From contig NC_042998.1 in the NCBI RefSeq assembly GCF_006345805.1, forward strand, positions 167,958,001 to 168,022,000: a stretch of 64,000 nt of DNA. The letters are read 5' to 3'. Source of the DNA: Octopus sinensis. Its lineage: Eukaryota. Position numbers and translations under genes: made by a program. The stretch's first letter is position 1, and the number at the start of each line of letters is the position of its first letter. Under the pieces are notes generated by a model that was given only the letters and a program-made list of their open reading frames with translations, searched no databases and was not told where the DNA came from. This document shows positions 1 through 13,781 of this stretch, piece by piece.

Positions 1-185
1 TTAGTGTCAAAATTTATGAAATGATTTCATTTATTACTGTACACTGTCCCATAATGCATTGTATCACAGGAGAACAAGTGAAAATATCAAATATTTATTG
101 AATTTTTAAAATAATACATTGGATCGCCATTAATATACAAGTCTATGAACAAATTTCAGTTCGACAATGCAACTAAATTAACTGG

Positions 186-505
186 TACTCCGTCTGTTAC
201 AACGATGACAGTTCTAGTCGATCCGACCAAAGGAACCAAAGGAACATATTGCTCGTGGAAGTAGCGTGTGAGTGGCTGAGCACTCCACAGATACATGTAC
301 CCTTAACATAGTTCTCAGGGAGATTCAGCGTGACACACAATATACCATAGCTGGCCCTTTGAAATACAGGTACTTTTCATTTTTGGCAGCTGAGTGGACT
401 AGAGCAACGTGAAATAAAGTGTTTTGCTCAAGGGCAAAACGCATCGCCCGGAATTGAACTCACATCATGAGCTGAATACTATAACCACGAAGCCACGTGC
501 CTTCA
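186..505 (-). mobile_element. tRNA-derived SINE, family D head with tail A (diverged)
   Basis: Reverse complement gives a tRNA-like head (GGCACGTGGCTTCGTGGTT...GAGTTCAATTCC), the core TTGAGCAAAACACTTTATTTCACGTTGCTC...CTCAGCTG, and the tail also seen at 62338-62664. Confidence 0.85.
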
Positions 506-740
506 CGCATCTAAACAAATTATGAAAATACATAAAGCTGATGCCCCGAGAAGTATTTAGTTAGAGATAGCTGCATAGAAATATTGTGATTGAAGCATAA
601 CTGGTTTCAGTGTTTAACTTAAAAAGAGCTATGATCGGATCAGTGACTCCTCTCATTTATTCTATTCTAGAAAATTATCAATAATTTCAAACTGTACTAG
701 TAAAGCGCTATTTGATGACATAGGTCAAAGGTTAATAATT

Positions 741-966
741 ACTCTTTTACTCTTTTACTTGTTTCAGCCATTTGACTGCGGCCATGCTGGAGCACCGCCT
801 TTAGTCGAGCATATCGACCCCGGGACTTATTCTTTGTAAGCCCAGTACTTATTCTATCGGCCTCTTTTTCCGAACCGCTAAGTGACGGGGACGTAAACAC
901 ACCAGCATCGGTTGTCAAGCAATGCTAGGGGGACAAACACAGACACACAAACACATACACACACAT

Positions 967-999
<33 letters not shown>

Positions 1000-1124
1000 C
1001 GTCTACTAAATCCACTCACAAGGCATTGGTCGGCCCGGGGCTATAGCAGAAGACACTTGCCCAAGATGCCACGGAACCATGTGGTTGATTAGCAAGATAC
1101 TTACCACACAGCCACTCCTGCGCC
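741..1124 (-). mobile_element. SINE family B with internal (AT)n/(AC)n microsatellite
   Basis: Head GGAGTGGCTGTGTGGTAAG, TTGGGCAAGTGTCTTC core, internal microsatellite and (AAAAGAGT)n tail; matches copies at 22270, 53460 and 58695. Confidence 0.9.
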
Positions 1125-1266
1125 TATTCATTTTTTTTTTCAATGGTTGTATATTGCTAATATATTTTTTTTATGAATTTAGCAGAGAAGTTGTTTAGAA
1201 TTATTGTAGCCGCTTCCTTACCGGAAGTGCTTTTGTTTCGAAAAATTTCTCATGGCAATATATGTG

Positions 1267-1324
<58 letters not shown>

Positions 1325-1547
1325 CGTGTGTGCGTGAGTATGTGGGTGGGTGTTCATATAAAAATACATATATGCATACCTGTACACAGATACACACCCA
1401 TATAATTTCCTTTAGAGGGTAGTAACACGGGAATTTATTGTTTTAAAACTAAAATACAAGCTGATTACTATCGTTGTGAGAAAATGCCCACGCGGTCAAT
1501 GTATATTGAAGGATCATCAGTAACATCAACAACAACAATAAGGATGA

Positions 1548-2930
1548 GTTCTTTATTAACCACAAAAGCTCATGGTAAACAAAGATAGTACAAAAGGACA
1601 GAGTACAAACATGGAAGGAGGGATTTATGAGTAAAAGAAATAGCATTTTCCTGGTTAATTTTTGCTACCATCACTGCTATGTACTCTACCAAAGCACTTC
1701 CGATTACCTCGATGTGTCTAGAGCACAACACAATCCTAATAACGTTATCCGTATATGCTGACACAGCTCTTCAATATCCTAGGTTACAAAGGATGCGCTC
1801 GAAACCTTTTATATACGCATTAGCAGCTCGACTGCCAATACATGCAGAAGGGACAAGAGGAAGCACCTTTGACAAATTGAATGGCTATTTATTCGGACCA
1901 CCGAGCAGAAACGGTTTATAGGGACAGAACCGTAACCAGCCACCCTGCAAACAGCCGCCATGTATTGATGGTCAACCCTACTGAAAACTTTCTAAATTAG
2001 TTAGAGGCCCGCTCATGCCAGGTTCTTTATCCACGCTTTTTATGATGTACCACGTTAGGTAGAGTTTCTGCCGTGAATAGATCTGTTAACGATAGTGTAG
2101 GTCAGTGCCTCACCTACCAGAATACTGACAAGCGCCGACCTTTTGCCTAAATCCTTGGCTAAAATCTTCAATTGCACATTTAACATAGTTACGAGCTTGA
2201 CGTTGTCGGATCCCTCCTCAGTAGTACAACCATACCTCGTTTAGCAAGACTAAAATCCCACCCGCTCTGTTGCCAGTTACAGTAAACAGCTGCCCAGAGG
2301 CGCCCAAACAAACCTGGCATATGAATCTGGCAGATATCGAGTAAGGCAAACCACCCAGCTCTGACGATAAGTCAAGAACCAATCTCGCCGCCAGCACTTC
2401 AGTCGCAATGCCTTTCTATTCCTTCTAGATTCATGACCCTTCAATGTAGAATTATCTATCACTATTTCCTTTCTAATTTCTAACTACTTTCTTATCTAAT
2501 AGCAGTTTTTAAGATTAGCCACCATAAATAGTTGATGATTTCCATGGCCGGCTTCTATGCACCTAGTCTTCTGACCTGGTCTTTCACAGCTTGGCGTACC
2601 GGAAATGGCGCGTTCCAATCGCCCGCTATCACAAAAGAGCGAGACATTTCAAGGAAATCTCCAAGGTACCTTAAGAAATTTTATTTCCCTTTCTTGTGAA
2701 GGCGCAGGCAGCTTTAACTTCGAAGTTATCCTCTTCGCTACTGGTCCCCATCCAAAACCTCCGAAACAACACTGCTCATCCGCTTACTATTCCAAGTCGA
2801 AACAGAAGTACAAAGATCTGCAAGCCACCGGAAATGGACGCCATAGAACGTATATCGGAAATCCTAGTCTCGCTGACGGATATTATACCCATTATTCAAA
2901 AATATGGCTAATGGCTTTAACAGGCTTATA
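1548..2930 (-). mobile_element. Degenerate L1/Tx1-clade LINE (RT region joined to 3' tail)
   Basis: Minus-strand peptides with stops and shifts: TMLNVQLKILAKDLGKR (RPITLLN..KILAK-like), FSRVDHQYMAAV (KAFDRVDH-like), VSAYTDNV (YADD-like), AKINQE. The 3' end is TTGTGGTTAATAAAGAA at 1548-1566. Confidence 0.8.
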
Positions 2931-3734
2931 AGAAGAACCAAATTTAGGGGGAAATAATCATTTACAATGATATATAATACCTTATGCTTGAAATACAGAT
3001 TTGTCGATGCCATGCATGTCTGTCTCAATTTTTCTCTTCTCGAAATCGTCTTATAAAGAACTAACTAAGAAGTAAAGGTTCATTCCTGGAATTTAGATAA
3101 TAACAACAGCAGTAAAAAGTTACATATTTTAGAAAGAGCTTGTAATTCTAGAAAGATTTTCATAGTTCAACTTACAGAAAAATTTTTCAGATTACGAGTT
3201 AGATTTCTAATTCTTAGCACAAAAATTCCAGCTTCAGAAACTAACGCAAAGTGCCTAATAATTACAGGTACAAAGGCAAACTTAAAAAGTTGTAAGTTTG
3301 GAAACAGTTCTGAACAGATATTCCTCTGCTCCAGAATTCTGAAGGAAATGTATTCCTTCGCTTGATAGCTGACTTCCAAAAATTCCATAATATATATCTT
3401 CTAACCCAAGCAACTGCATCAGATCGACTGTGTTACATTTAGTGGAAATATTGATGTATATATTCTACCATTATTTCTTTTCTCGGAACAAGCGACGATA
3501 CGCAAATAAGAAATATATCTTTTTAGATTTTTCCCAAGGTAGTTCTGTATCTTGTTTTAGCATTTCATGCATGAAAGCAGTATTTTGATAAATTTAGGAA
3601 GATGCTGTTCATAAGCGTCATACCTTGCACAGCTATAGAATATACTCAATATATTCTGTATGTATATACGGATATTTCTTTCTGTGTATATTTTCCTGTG
3701 TATGCCTATCCTAATATATATAGAACGTGAAATC

Positions 3735-3945
3735 GGCGAGCTGGTAGAGTCGTTAGCATACCGAGAAAATGCTTTGTGTCATTTTGTCTTGTCTTTACGA
3801 TCTGAGTTCAAATTCCGCTGAAGTTCACTTTGCCTTTTATCCTTTCTGGGACCGTAAAATAAGTACCAGCTGAGCACTGGAGTCGATGTAATCGACTTAC
3901 ACCCCCATCAAAGCTTGCTGGCCTTTTGCCGAAATTTGAAACGAA
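3735..3945 (+). mobile_element. SINE family A (short tail)
   Basis: GGCGAGCTGGTAGAGTCGTTAGC A-box-like head, GAGTTCAAATTCC B-box, CTTTGCCTTTTATCCTTTC core, GGCCTTTTGCC..AAATTTGAAAC tail. Confidence 0.85.
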
Positions 3946-4381
3946 TGTCTATAAAACATTGTTCAAGTTTTCGTACAAGTGAAACTATACCATTTATACG
4001 AAACAAATCTTTAATTATCACCGACTCATTTATTCTTTTATGCAATAGTGATAGGAATTGAAGCAATCAATGCTGAGATACAGAGATAATTGTGTTTTCA
4101 CATGAAATATTGTCGTGAGTCATTATCAGTGTAATCAGTGAAGGCAAGATACATGGATGGGTGAAGTTGAATAGAGATAGCTCGGTTGCCTCATGAATGA
4201 TATATCATAAGACTAGTCAGCATGCATTTAAAGATATAGTCATCTGGGAAAGTATTTATGAGAAGAGTACTATGAGAGTGTGTGAGTATGTGCATGTGTG
4301 TCTTTACGTGGCCATCTTGAAACTTTCTATACGAAACTTTCTAAACGCTCTTTTAAACCAATATACGTATACATGCTTATC

Positions 4382-4756
4382 GGAAGCGCAATGGCCCAGT
4401 GGTTAGGACAGCGGACTCGCAGTCATAGGATCGCAGTTCCGATTCGCAGACCGGGCGTTGTGAGTGTATATTGAGTGAAAACACCTAAAGTTCCATGAGA
4501 CTCCGGCAGTGGGGTGGTGAATCCTGCTGTACTCTTTCACCACAACTTTCACTTACTCTTTCTTCCTGTTTCTGTTGTACCTATATTTCAAAAGGCCAGC
4601 CTTGCCACACTCTGTGTCACACTGAATCTCCCAGAGAACTACGTTAAGGGTACACGTGTCTGTAGTGTGCTCAGTCACTTGCACGTTAATTTCACGAGCA
4701 GGCTGTTCCGTTGATCGGATCAACTGGAACCCTAGTCGTCGTAACCGACGAAGTGT
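4382..4756 (+). mobile_element. SINE family C head with tail A
   Basis: GGAAGCGCAATGGCCCAGTGGTTAGG tRNA-like head; near-identical to 38333-38718 and 51510-51891. Confidence 0.9.
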
Positions 4757-4894
4757 CACGACATGCTTATATATGCATATAGCTGCTCGTGTTTGTATGG
4801 CTCTTATCTGTATGTATTCTGTTTGACAGTAATTTCCTATAATTTTCTTTAAAATTAGCTCAATATATTTATGAGCAAACCTCACATTATAGTT

Positions 4895-5571
4895 GTTGAT
4901 GCTGAACGATTACCGGCGTGCAGAACGGTTTTTGTCCGAGATGCGCGCAGAGTGACGAAACCGATTTGCACGCCCTCGTTTAGTGTCCGGGCATTGCTGA
5001 CTTGTGGGGTTATGTCGAACGACTGCTATCACGTGTGGGGCGGCTTCGTCTGTCGCCCCGCTGCCCCCACCTTCAATCGGTCAGGCAAAGCATTTTCCTT
5101 TGCCTGATGGCTGTGGCGAAAGAGGTTGCTTGGTGGACAAGGCTGAAAGGCATAAGGACAGAGACATTCCTCTCATTGACTTCTTCACGTTTCCCTTGAA
5201 AAGGAAATTGAGAGTGGAGAAAGGAGTGCTGTTCTCGAGTGAGTTTATTGAAAGGGAGGTGAAAGTTGCGAAAATCGCAAGGGTGGATAACCCGTGAGTC
5301 AGACAGAAGGAATTGGAGGGCACTTGTTCTTTGGGTTTCAGGGAAATCCCAGACAGTGGGGTTCCTCGATTATCCTTAGAGGCCTTCCTTTATCAAGAGG
5401 GCCACGTCTCTATCAGACTCCCCACCACATTTTTTAAACATTTGTATGCTATGAATATGACCCTTCTTCTTCAGTGTTTACTGTGTATACTTACCCTTTT
5501 TTCCCTATTTCATTATATGTCTGTCTTTATATTGTCTCCCTCAACCTTCGCCCTTGTGGAAAATGAATGAA

Positions 5572-5572
<1 letters not shown>
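4895..5572 (+). mobile_element. L1/Tx1-clade LINE 3' end (C-terminal Cys/His motif region plus 3' UTR)
   Basis: CPRCAQSDETDLHALV*CPGIADLWGYVERLL and FLCLMAVAKEVAWWTRLKG, followed by a 3' UTR ending CCTTGTGGAAAATGAATGAAAT then (ATT)n. Confidence 0.8.
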
Positions 5573-5617
<45 letters not shown>

Positions 5618-5636
5618 TATTATTATTATTATTATT

Positions 5637-6168
5637 GAATGAGAGATCAGCGCATGCCATCAAAGTGACACTGGGATATAAATATACGAAGCCCAGTATA
5701 CCCACCATCACTACTTTTCTGATAAGGGTACACCATGCACATGCATCACAACCCTATGTGCGCGACATTGTAATTTCATATCAAGATATACAGTGCATGA
5801 GCTTGCAGGTGGAGGCCTAGTTAGAAATTTTTCATGTTCAGTAGCCCATCCCGCTCAAAAGGGCCTGAATAAGGTTTGTTTAAGGATGGTGAACAAAACT
5901 CCTATTCCTAGAGGTGAATTATTCATACTCCGAAGAATTCCTTTCAACACATGGCAATGATGCTCCCCCACTACTTCTGCTCGTGATCAAAGATGCACAT
6001 ATTATCAGTCACTAAGATTAAAGTCAAGCAACTGACAAGCAAATTTGTGGTATTGAGCAGAATATTTGCTGTAGCCCATCCTTTATACCAAGACAAAACA
6101 ATGTACATGATAACACTTCCAAGATCAAAAGCCATGAGAGCCAGTTTCTGGTACTGCATCAGGGCATT
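5637..6168. mobile_element. ~535-bp non-coding interspersed element flanked by (ATT)n, copy 1
   Basis: Collinear with 10036-10590, with the same termini (GAGTGAGAGAGCAG... and ...CTGCATCAGGGCA) and both ends in ATT tracts. Confidence 0.8.
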
Positions 6169-6169
6169 A

Positions 6170-6203
<34 letters not shown>

Positions 6204-6204
<1 letters not shown>

Positions 6205-6305
6205 GTCTTCTTTCAATTTTGTATCCATTTCTTGCTGTGCGTCTTCTTGACACCTTGGGCAGAGAAATATTGGTAGACCATTAAAATATACACAATTCTT
6301 ATTTT
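6204..6305 (-). mobile_element. Severely 5'-truncated R4/Dong-like 3' tail in (TAA)n (duplicated at 7208-7310)
   Basis: TTAATGGTCTACCAATAT..TCTCTGCCCAAGGTGTCAAGAAGACGCACAGCAAGAAATGGA..AAAATTGAAAGAAG aligns by eye to the 3' UTR of the LINE at 11309-11410. Confidence 0.7.
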
Positions 6306-6404
6306 AATTATTATTATTGTTGTTGTTGTTGTTGTTATTGTTGTTAAGGTCGCGAGCTGGCCGAATCATTAGCATGTAAATTTCAGGCCTTGTACCTGTA
6401 ATAG

Positions 6405-7146
6405 AAATGAGTTTCGGGCCAGGGCTTAAGTATAACTTCCAGAAATCCCTGGCCTGACAAAGCTACCGGGGAGCTCTGCCGGTTCAAGACAAGCTCTACA
6501 GACACGGAAGTGCTGTCAGACGGACCTGTCCGCGGTGTGTGCGCTGACTTTTTGATCTTTGTCGAACAGCTGTTGATGCGTGTAGGACGGATCCGGTTAT
6601 CTCGTTATCAGCCGAGTCCATCTTGAGGATCGCCCCGCCGCTTTCCTTTGACCGGTAAGGAAAGGTAGATTTTCTCCGTCTGGTGGCTATGGCGAAGAGG
6701 TAGTGTGGTTGACGTGATTGAAAAGACTGAAGACAGATACTCTCCTCTTCGGCCAAACCCACATCTACGTTTTGAAGTTCCACTTGAGAAGAAAAGTGGG
6801 GGTGGAGAGGGATGTTCTGGCCTCCAATATCTTCATTGAAAGGTGGGTGAATGTGGCGAGGATGGCCCATGTGAATGGGCCTACGCTGAACTTTCGTTTG
6901 TAAACACGGTAATTGAGAAGGAGAGAAACACCTGCTGAGGTACACCTGACGATCAGGGCAACCAAAATATGTGGGGCTCCTCGGATAACCCTGTGAGGAA
7001 ATATCCACTTTTAATGAATTTTATTGTTTAATTGTATTGTTGTCATGGTTATATTTTATTGTTTACTCGATTTTGTGTTAAACACCACGTGTTCCTAGTT
7101 TTGTACTGTCTGTTTTACGTTCGGACCTTGTGGCCAATAAAGAAAT
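6405..7146 (+). mobile_element. L1/Tx1-clade LINE 3' end (second copy 7409-8150)
   Basis: LPVQDKLYRHGSAVRRTCPRC, FLRLVAMAK, KFHLRRKVGVERDVL..FIERWVNVARMA; homologous to 4895-5572; ends CCTTGTGGCCAATAAAGAAAT. Confidence 0.8.
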
Positions 7147-8159
7147 TATTATAATAATTATTATTATTATTATTATTATTATTATTTATTATTATTATTA
7201 TTATTATTGTCTTCTTTCAATTTTGTATCCATTTCTTGCTGTGCGTCTTCTTGACACCTTGGGCAGAGAAATATTGGTAGACCATTAAAATATACACAAT
7301 TCTTATTTTAATTATTATTATTGTTGTTGTTGTTGTTGTTATTGTTGTTAAGGTCGCGAGCTGGCCGAATCATTAGCATGTAAATTTCAGGCCTTGTACC
7401 TGTAATAGAAATGAGTTTCGGGCCAGGGCTTAAGTATAACTTCCAGAAATCCCTGGCCTGACAAAGCTACCGGGGAGCTCTGCCGGTTCAAGACAAGCTC
7501 TACAGACACGGAAGTGCTGTCAGACGGACCTGTCCGCGGTGTGTGCGCTGACTTTTTGATCTTTGTCGAACAGCTGTTGATGCGTGTAGGACGGATCCGG
7601 TTATCTCGTTATCAGCCGAGTCCATCTTGAGGATCGCCCCGCCGCTTTCCTTTGACCGGTAAGGAAAGGTAGATTTTCTCCGTCTGGTGGCTATGGCGAA
7701 GAGGTAGTGTGGTTGACGTGATTGAAAAGACTGAAGACAGATACTCTCCTCTTCGGCCAACCCACATCTACGTTTTGAAGTTCCACTTGAGAAGAAAAGT
7801 GGGGGTGGAGAGGGATGTTCTGGCCTCCAATATCTTCATTGAAAGGTGGGTGAATGTGGCGAGGATGGCCCATGTGAATGGGCCTACGCTGAACTTTCGT
7901 TTGTAAACACGGTAATTGAGAAGGAGAGAAACACCTGCTGAGGTACACCTGACGATCAGGGCAACCAAAATATGTGGGGCTCCTCGGATAACCCTGTGAG
8001 GAAATATCCACTTTTAATGAATTTTATTGTTTAATTGTATTGTTGTCATGGTTATATTTTATTGTTTACTCGATTTTGTGTTAAACACCACGTGTTCCTA
8101 GTTTTGTACTGTCTGTTTTACGTTCGGACCTTGTGGCCAATAAAGAAATTATTATAATA

Positions 8160-8253
<94 letters not shown>

Positions 8254-8789
8254 ATTCGCATTCAGTTAAATAGTAATTATGTGCAGACCATTGTTGCCCA
8301 GTGGTACATTTTCGGACAATTACTATTTAAATAGAAACTGCTTTCACTCACGAAAAATTCGTCCTGTTTGTTAAAAAGGTTATTTTAATATCTTTGTATC
8401 ATCTATAGCACCTCGTAATAATTTTTTCTCACACATTTGATCAGATACTTCCGCATAGCGCTAACCAAACTGAAGCGTAAATTTTGTAGATGATTTCCGT
8501 GGGAATTTCTTGTCGAAACTAAATGGGAAAAAAATTTTTTCTGGATAATAATTATTTTATTGATTTCTATCAGTTATGTTAGAATATAAAGAGTTAATTT
8601 TATATGCATTTTTTTTTTCAGTTATTCTTGGGTTCAATAGTCAAAGTTTGCTTTCATGTATTAGGCACATAAAGAAGTTGAACGCATTCGTACGGAAATA
8701 GTACAATCCAACAAAACATTGAATTTATGCTCAACAGCTAAAAATAAAGGCCACGAAACAACAGTTTGAGTGGTCACATATAAGATTTG

Positions 8790-9535
8790 CTTCAAAGTTC
8801 TAGCACATGGACAGTAATTTCGGTGGAGAGGGTAAATCGATTACATCGACTCCAGTGCTTAACCTATACTTATTTTAATGAACCCGAAAGGCAAAGTCGA
8901 CCTCGGCGGAATTCGAAGTTAGATCTCTAAAGGCGGATAAAATACTGCTTAGCATTTTACCGGGTATGCTAACGATTTAGTTAGGTCGCTGCTTTGATCA
9001 CTTGTAAATAAAGTATATGTAATATTTTACAGTCTGTTAAGGCGACGAGCTGGTAGAATCTTACCGCGCCGGGGAAAATGCTTTACGTTCTGCGTTCAAA
9101 TGCCGCCGATATTGACTTTGGTTCATATTTGGTTGATTAAAAATGTAATGGCAAGTATTTATTGACCTTTTTCTTTCCTTTAAAAATCGGCGCGAACTTT
9201 CCGGACAACCCAATATTTCATCTAACCAGTATAAATTATCAAAATAAATATATAAATAGATAAATTGATGAAGTGGTTATAATACTTAACCCATCATCTG
9301 TACATATCCTAAAGCATTTGTTTACCTCTTGATTTCAAGTTTTGGCACAAAACCAGTAAATCTAGGGAAGGGGACTAGTCGATTACATCGACTCCAATAT
9401 TCAACTGGTACTCATTTTATCGACTCTGAAAGGAAGAGTGACAAAATGGACCTCGACAGAATTTGAACTCCGAACATGCAAACAGACGAAAAGCCGCAAA
9501 GCATTTTACCTAGCATGCTAACGATTCTGCCAGTC
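8790..9535. mobile_element. Cluster of diverged family A SINEs (8790-8990 -, 9040-9150 +, 9285-9535 -)
   Basis: GTCGACCTCGGCGGAATT, CGATTACATCGACTCCA and GGCGACGAGCTGGTAGAATC diagnostic motifs. Confidence 0.75.
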
Positions 9536-10035
9536 TACATCTAGAGAGATATTAAAAGAAAGTATTTTGTGCTTGAACACACCACAGTAAACGAAACGAC
9601 AGCAACGGTGTTTTCCCTTTGTATTTTTAGCCAGCCGTCACCATGAATGAGTAGAGCTTGGTAGCAAACCTCTCGTTACTTGCCTATATAGTCTCGAGAA
9701 AATATAGACAGCCTCGTCTCTCCGACTCTTTAATCCAGTAGCACATCCACGATATGACTGCTGGAGGGGACGAGGGTAGGACCAACATTCAGGCAGTACT
9801 CCTTTTCAGTTGAGTAGACTGTAGCAACGTAAAACGAAGTGCCTTGTTAAGGACGCAATGCGTTGCACGGTCCTGAAATTTATCCCCGCCCTCCGACATT
9901 AATGCCCCTTGGCCACGTACCACAGCAGAGTTAAAAACATTCAATCGTTTGCTCAGACACGTGTGCCATCTGTTACTTTTTGAAATACATATATTTACTA
10001 TTATTATTATTATCATTATTATTATTATTATTATT

Positions 10036-10691
<656 letters not shown>

Positions 10692-10693
10692 TA

Positions 10694-10896
10694 AGGGAGC
10701 GAGCTGGCAAAATCGTTAGCACGCCAGACGAAATGCTTAGCGGTATTTCGTCTATCGCTGCGTTCTGAGTTCAAATTTCGCCACGGTCGAAGCCTTTCGG
10801 GATTGGTAAATTGAGTACCAGTGAAACACTGGAATCGCTGTAGTCGACTAGACCCCTCATCCCAAATTTCAGGCCTTGTGTCTATAATAGAAAGGA
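10694..10896 (+). mobile_element. SINE family A with internal deletion
   Basis: GGGAGCGAGCTGGCAAAATCGTTAGC head; GGCCTTGTGTCTATAATAGAAAGG tail. Confidence 0.85.
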
Positions 10897-10944
10897 TTGT
10901 TGTTGTTGTTGTTGTTGTTGTTATCATCGTCATCATCATCATCA

Positions 10945-10980
<36 letters not shown>

Positions 10981-11018
10981 TATTATTATATTATTATTAT
11001 TATTTTATTATTATTATA

Positions 11019-11050
<32 letters not shown>

Positions 11051-11053
<3 letters not shown>

Positions 11054-11261
11054 TAGTTTTATTTTTATAGCGTGCTTTCACTTCACTACCGAGCGCAGCT
11101 CTGTGTGCCTTGGGTATGTGCTGTGATTTGTTGTGATGCTCTGATGGTTATTGTATGGAAAGTGTTCTGCGTAGGATGTGTGCAGTGCCTAGTAGTGCAA
11201 TTTTTTGTATGTTATATGTGTTTGTAAGTCCTGGTGTTTTTGTTATGTATTTGTCTGAATA

Positions 11262-11264
<3 letters not shown>
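11051..11264 (-). mobile_element. Second R4/Dong-like family, 3' end only
   Basis: Minus strand encodes KYSDKYITKTPGLTNTYNIQKIALLGTAHILRRTLSIQ*, paralleling QKIVLTGTSHVLRRALSM* of the neighbouring LINE but with a different 3' UTR; flanked by (ATT)n. Confidence 0.8.
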
Positions 11265-11308
<44 letters not shown>

Positions 11309-11309
<1 letters not shown>

Positions 11310-13628
11310 TTTTTTTTTCTTCTTTCAAATTTTCTTCCATTTCTTGCCGAGTGTCTTCCCGACTCCTAGGGCAAAGAAACTCATAGTGTATATTGGTAGG
11401 CCATTAAACCAAACTCAGTAGTTCGTTCATTTTTTTTTTTTTTTGTTAAAGTTAAATTAAAATACATGAGCAGCAACAGTTCTCACATCGACAATGCTCT
11501 TCTCAATACGTGTGATGTACCAGTTAAGACAATCTTTTGCACTTCTTGCAGGGATGGTAAGCCAGGGATCATTCTCATATAATTTTCGGTTCCCTTCTTG
11601 ATCATTCCTAGTGCTCCTACGATCACTGGTATTGTAACCGCCTTGAGATGCCACATTTTCTCAATTTCAATGAGTAGGTCTTTATATTTTCTGAGCTTGT
11701 CAAACTCTTTCGCTGAGATATTATGATCACAGGGGATGCTCATGTCGATCAATAAGCAAACTTTATTGTTTTGGTCTTTCACAACAATATCTGGTTTATT
11801 GGCCTTGATGGTTCGGTCTGTATGTACTGGAAAGTCCCACAGAATGGTTACATTTTCTCCTTCAGTTACAGCCTCAGGGTGGTGATTATACCACTTGTCG
11901 GCAGTTTTGATATTGTAATGCCGACTTATTAGCCAGTGGAGATATTGGCCAACTCTGTCATGTCTTAATTTATACTCCACTGGTGCTAAGACTTTACATC
12001 CAGAGATTAGGTGGTCCACTGTTTCAATCATGTCGTTGCAGAATCGGCATTTTGGGTCTGCTCCATTTTTCATCACATTGGCCTGGTAGTTCCGGGTTAA
12101 TAGGCTTTGGTCTTGAGCAGCCAGGATGAAACCTTCGCTCTCTGCTTTTAGCCCTGAGCTCCGCAGCCACTGATGGGTTTGCTTCTGGTCAACATCAGCT
12201 TGTTTGCTGCCGGTCACATATTTGCCGTGCAGAGGTTTCTCCTCCCACCTATCAGCCAATTGCTCGTGCGCTTTTTCCATTGCCATCATTTTCACCTTCT
12301 TTGCAACAATAGTTGCCGTACTTCCCTCGGGTTGTTCAGTTTGGGTATCCTGCACGAGATCAATAGCAATTTTTTGGCTTTCCTTGATGATAGAATGAAG
12401 CTTCTTTCGTCTCTCGTGATTTTCCACGAGCTTTAGCATCCAGTCATTCGATATTTCGAGATATTTGGCCAGTCCAATTGTGGTTGTTTTGTAAGCTAGT
12501 TCAAATTGGATCAGGCCTCGACCTCCTTGGGCTCTGGGAAGGTAAAGGCGATCTACGTCTGCCTTTGGGTGGTGCATCCTATTACAACTCAGCAGCTTGC
12601 GTATTTTTCTATCTATATTCTTTACTTCACTCATATTCCAGTTCAACACATTGTAGCTATAAGTAACAACTGGAACTGCTAAGGAATTTATAGCTAACAC
12701 CTTGTTACGTGCATTTAGTTCAGATTTCAGGACTGCACGAACTCTCCTATAACATTCCTTCCTGATTTTCTCTTTCATGCTTGCATGCTGAATACCAGAG
12801 CCTTCATTTATCCCTAAATATTGTATGTCTGTTCTTGCTCAAGCTCTCTTATGACTGTGTCAACATCTAACACGACTGAATTTGTGGTCTTCACTTTCCC
12901 TTTCTGGAAAGTGGCCTTGGCACACTTCTCAAGTCCAAACTCCATCCCGATGTCATCGCTGAATGCTTTCACGGTGCGCAATAGGCCTTCAAGTTCATTA
13001 TTGTCTTTACCATAAAGTTTTAAGTCATCCATATAAAATAGATGGCTTATTTTTTTATTGGCAATTTTATACCCATACCCTGTTCTGTTTAATTCACTTG
13101 TAAGGGGTATTAGGGCTATGCAGAATATTAAAGGTGAAAGTGAGTCACCTTGAAAAATTCCACAGTTGATGTTTATATTTTCTGAGGCAAGTACTCCATT
13201 AGAGTGGTATAATTGGAGATTCGTATTCCACAACGACATATTGTGCTTCAGGAAGTTTGAAATCACAGGGGAAATTTTAAAGATGTCCAGCGATCTCAAG
13301 ATCCATGGATGTGGTATACTGTCGAAGGCCTTTTTATAGTCAATCCATGCGGTGCTGAGATTTCTGCGCTTGTTGTGACAGTTCTCAAGGATCATACGAT
13401 TGATTAGCAGTTGATCTTTGCATCCGTAAGAGCCTCGGCGGCACCCTTTTTGTTCAATGGGGAAAATATCGTTCTTCTCCATGAATGCATATGTTTTCTC
13501 CGCCAGGATAGATGTTAGGATTTTATACGTGGTGGATAGACAGGTTATAGGCCGATAGTTTTTTGGAAGGTTGGTTTCGTTATTCTTTGGGAGTAGGTAA
13601 GTAATGCCACTTGCTAACCATTCAGGTG

Positions 13629-13630
<2 letters not shown>
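11309..13630 (-). mobile_element. 5'-truncated R4/Dong-clade non-LTR retrotransposon (RT + CCHC + restriction-like endonuclease)
   Basis: RT motifs NYRPITCL, WIDYKKAFDSIPH, GIFQGDSLSP, HLFYMDDLKLY. CRFC..ETVDHLISGC zinc knuckle, RHDRVG, and KPDIVV..LLIDMSIP..KLRKYKDL REL motif. Both ends abut (TAA)n. Confidence 0.95.
11483..13630 (-). pseudogene. R4/Dong ORF (RT-REL) broken by one frameshift near 12815
   Basis: ORFs 12814-13630 and 11483-12778 join if one A is restored (TAC AA[A] TAT TTA GGG = YKYLG, then ...HASMKEKIRKE). Confidence 0.9.

Positions 13631-13781
<151 letters not shown>

Larger units (their letters stand above)
6172..8215. repeat. ~1004-bp direct tandem duplication bounded by (ATT)n tracts
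   Basis: 6205 onward repeats at 7209 onward. The only difference I saw outside the tracts is a 1-bp indel (GGCCAAACCC vs GGCCAACCC). Confidence 0.95.

Noticed and set aside
2940-3560. Possible decayed Penelope RT
   Set aside because: I could not recover convincing motifs by eye.
4382-4455. tRNA-like sequences (also at other SINE heads)
   Set aside because: These are SINE heads continuing into SINE bodies, without a complete cloverleaf.
6496-8011. 170-aa, 106-aa and 86-aa minus-strand ORFs
   Set aside because: They are antisense to the duplicated Tx1 3' end.
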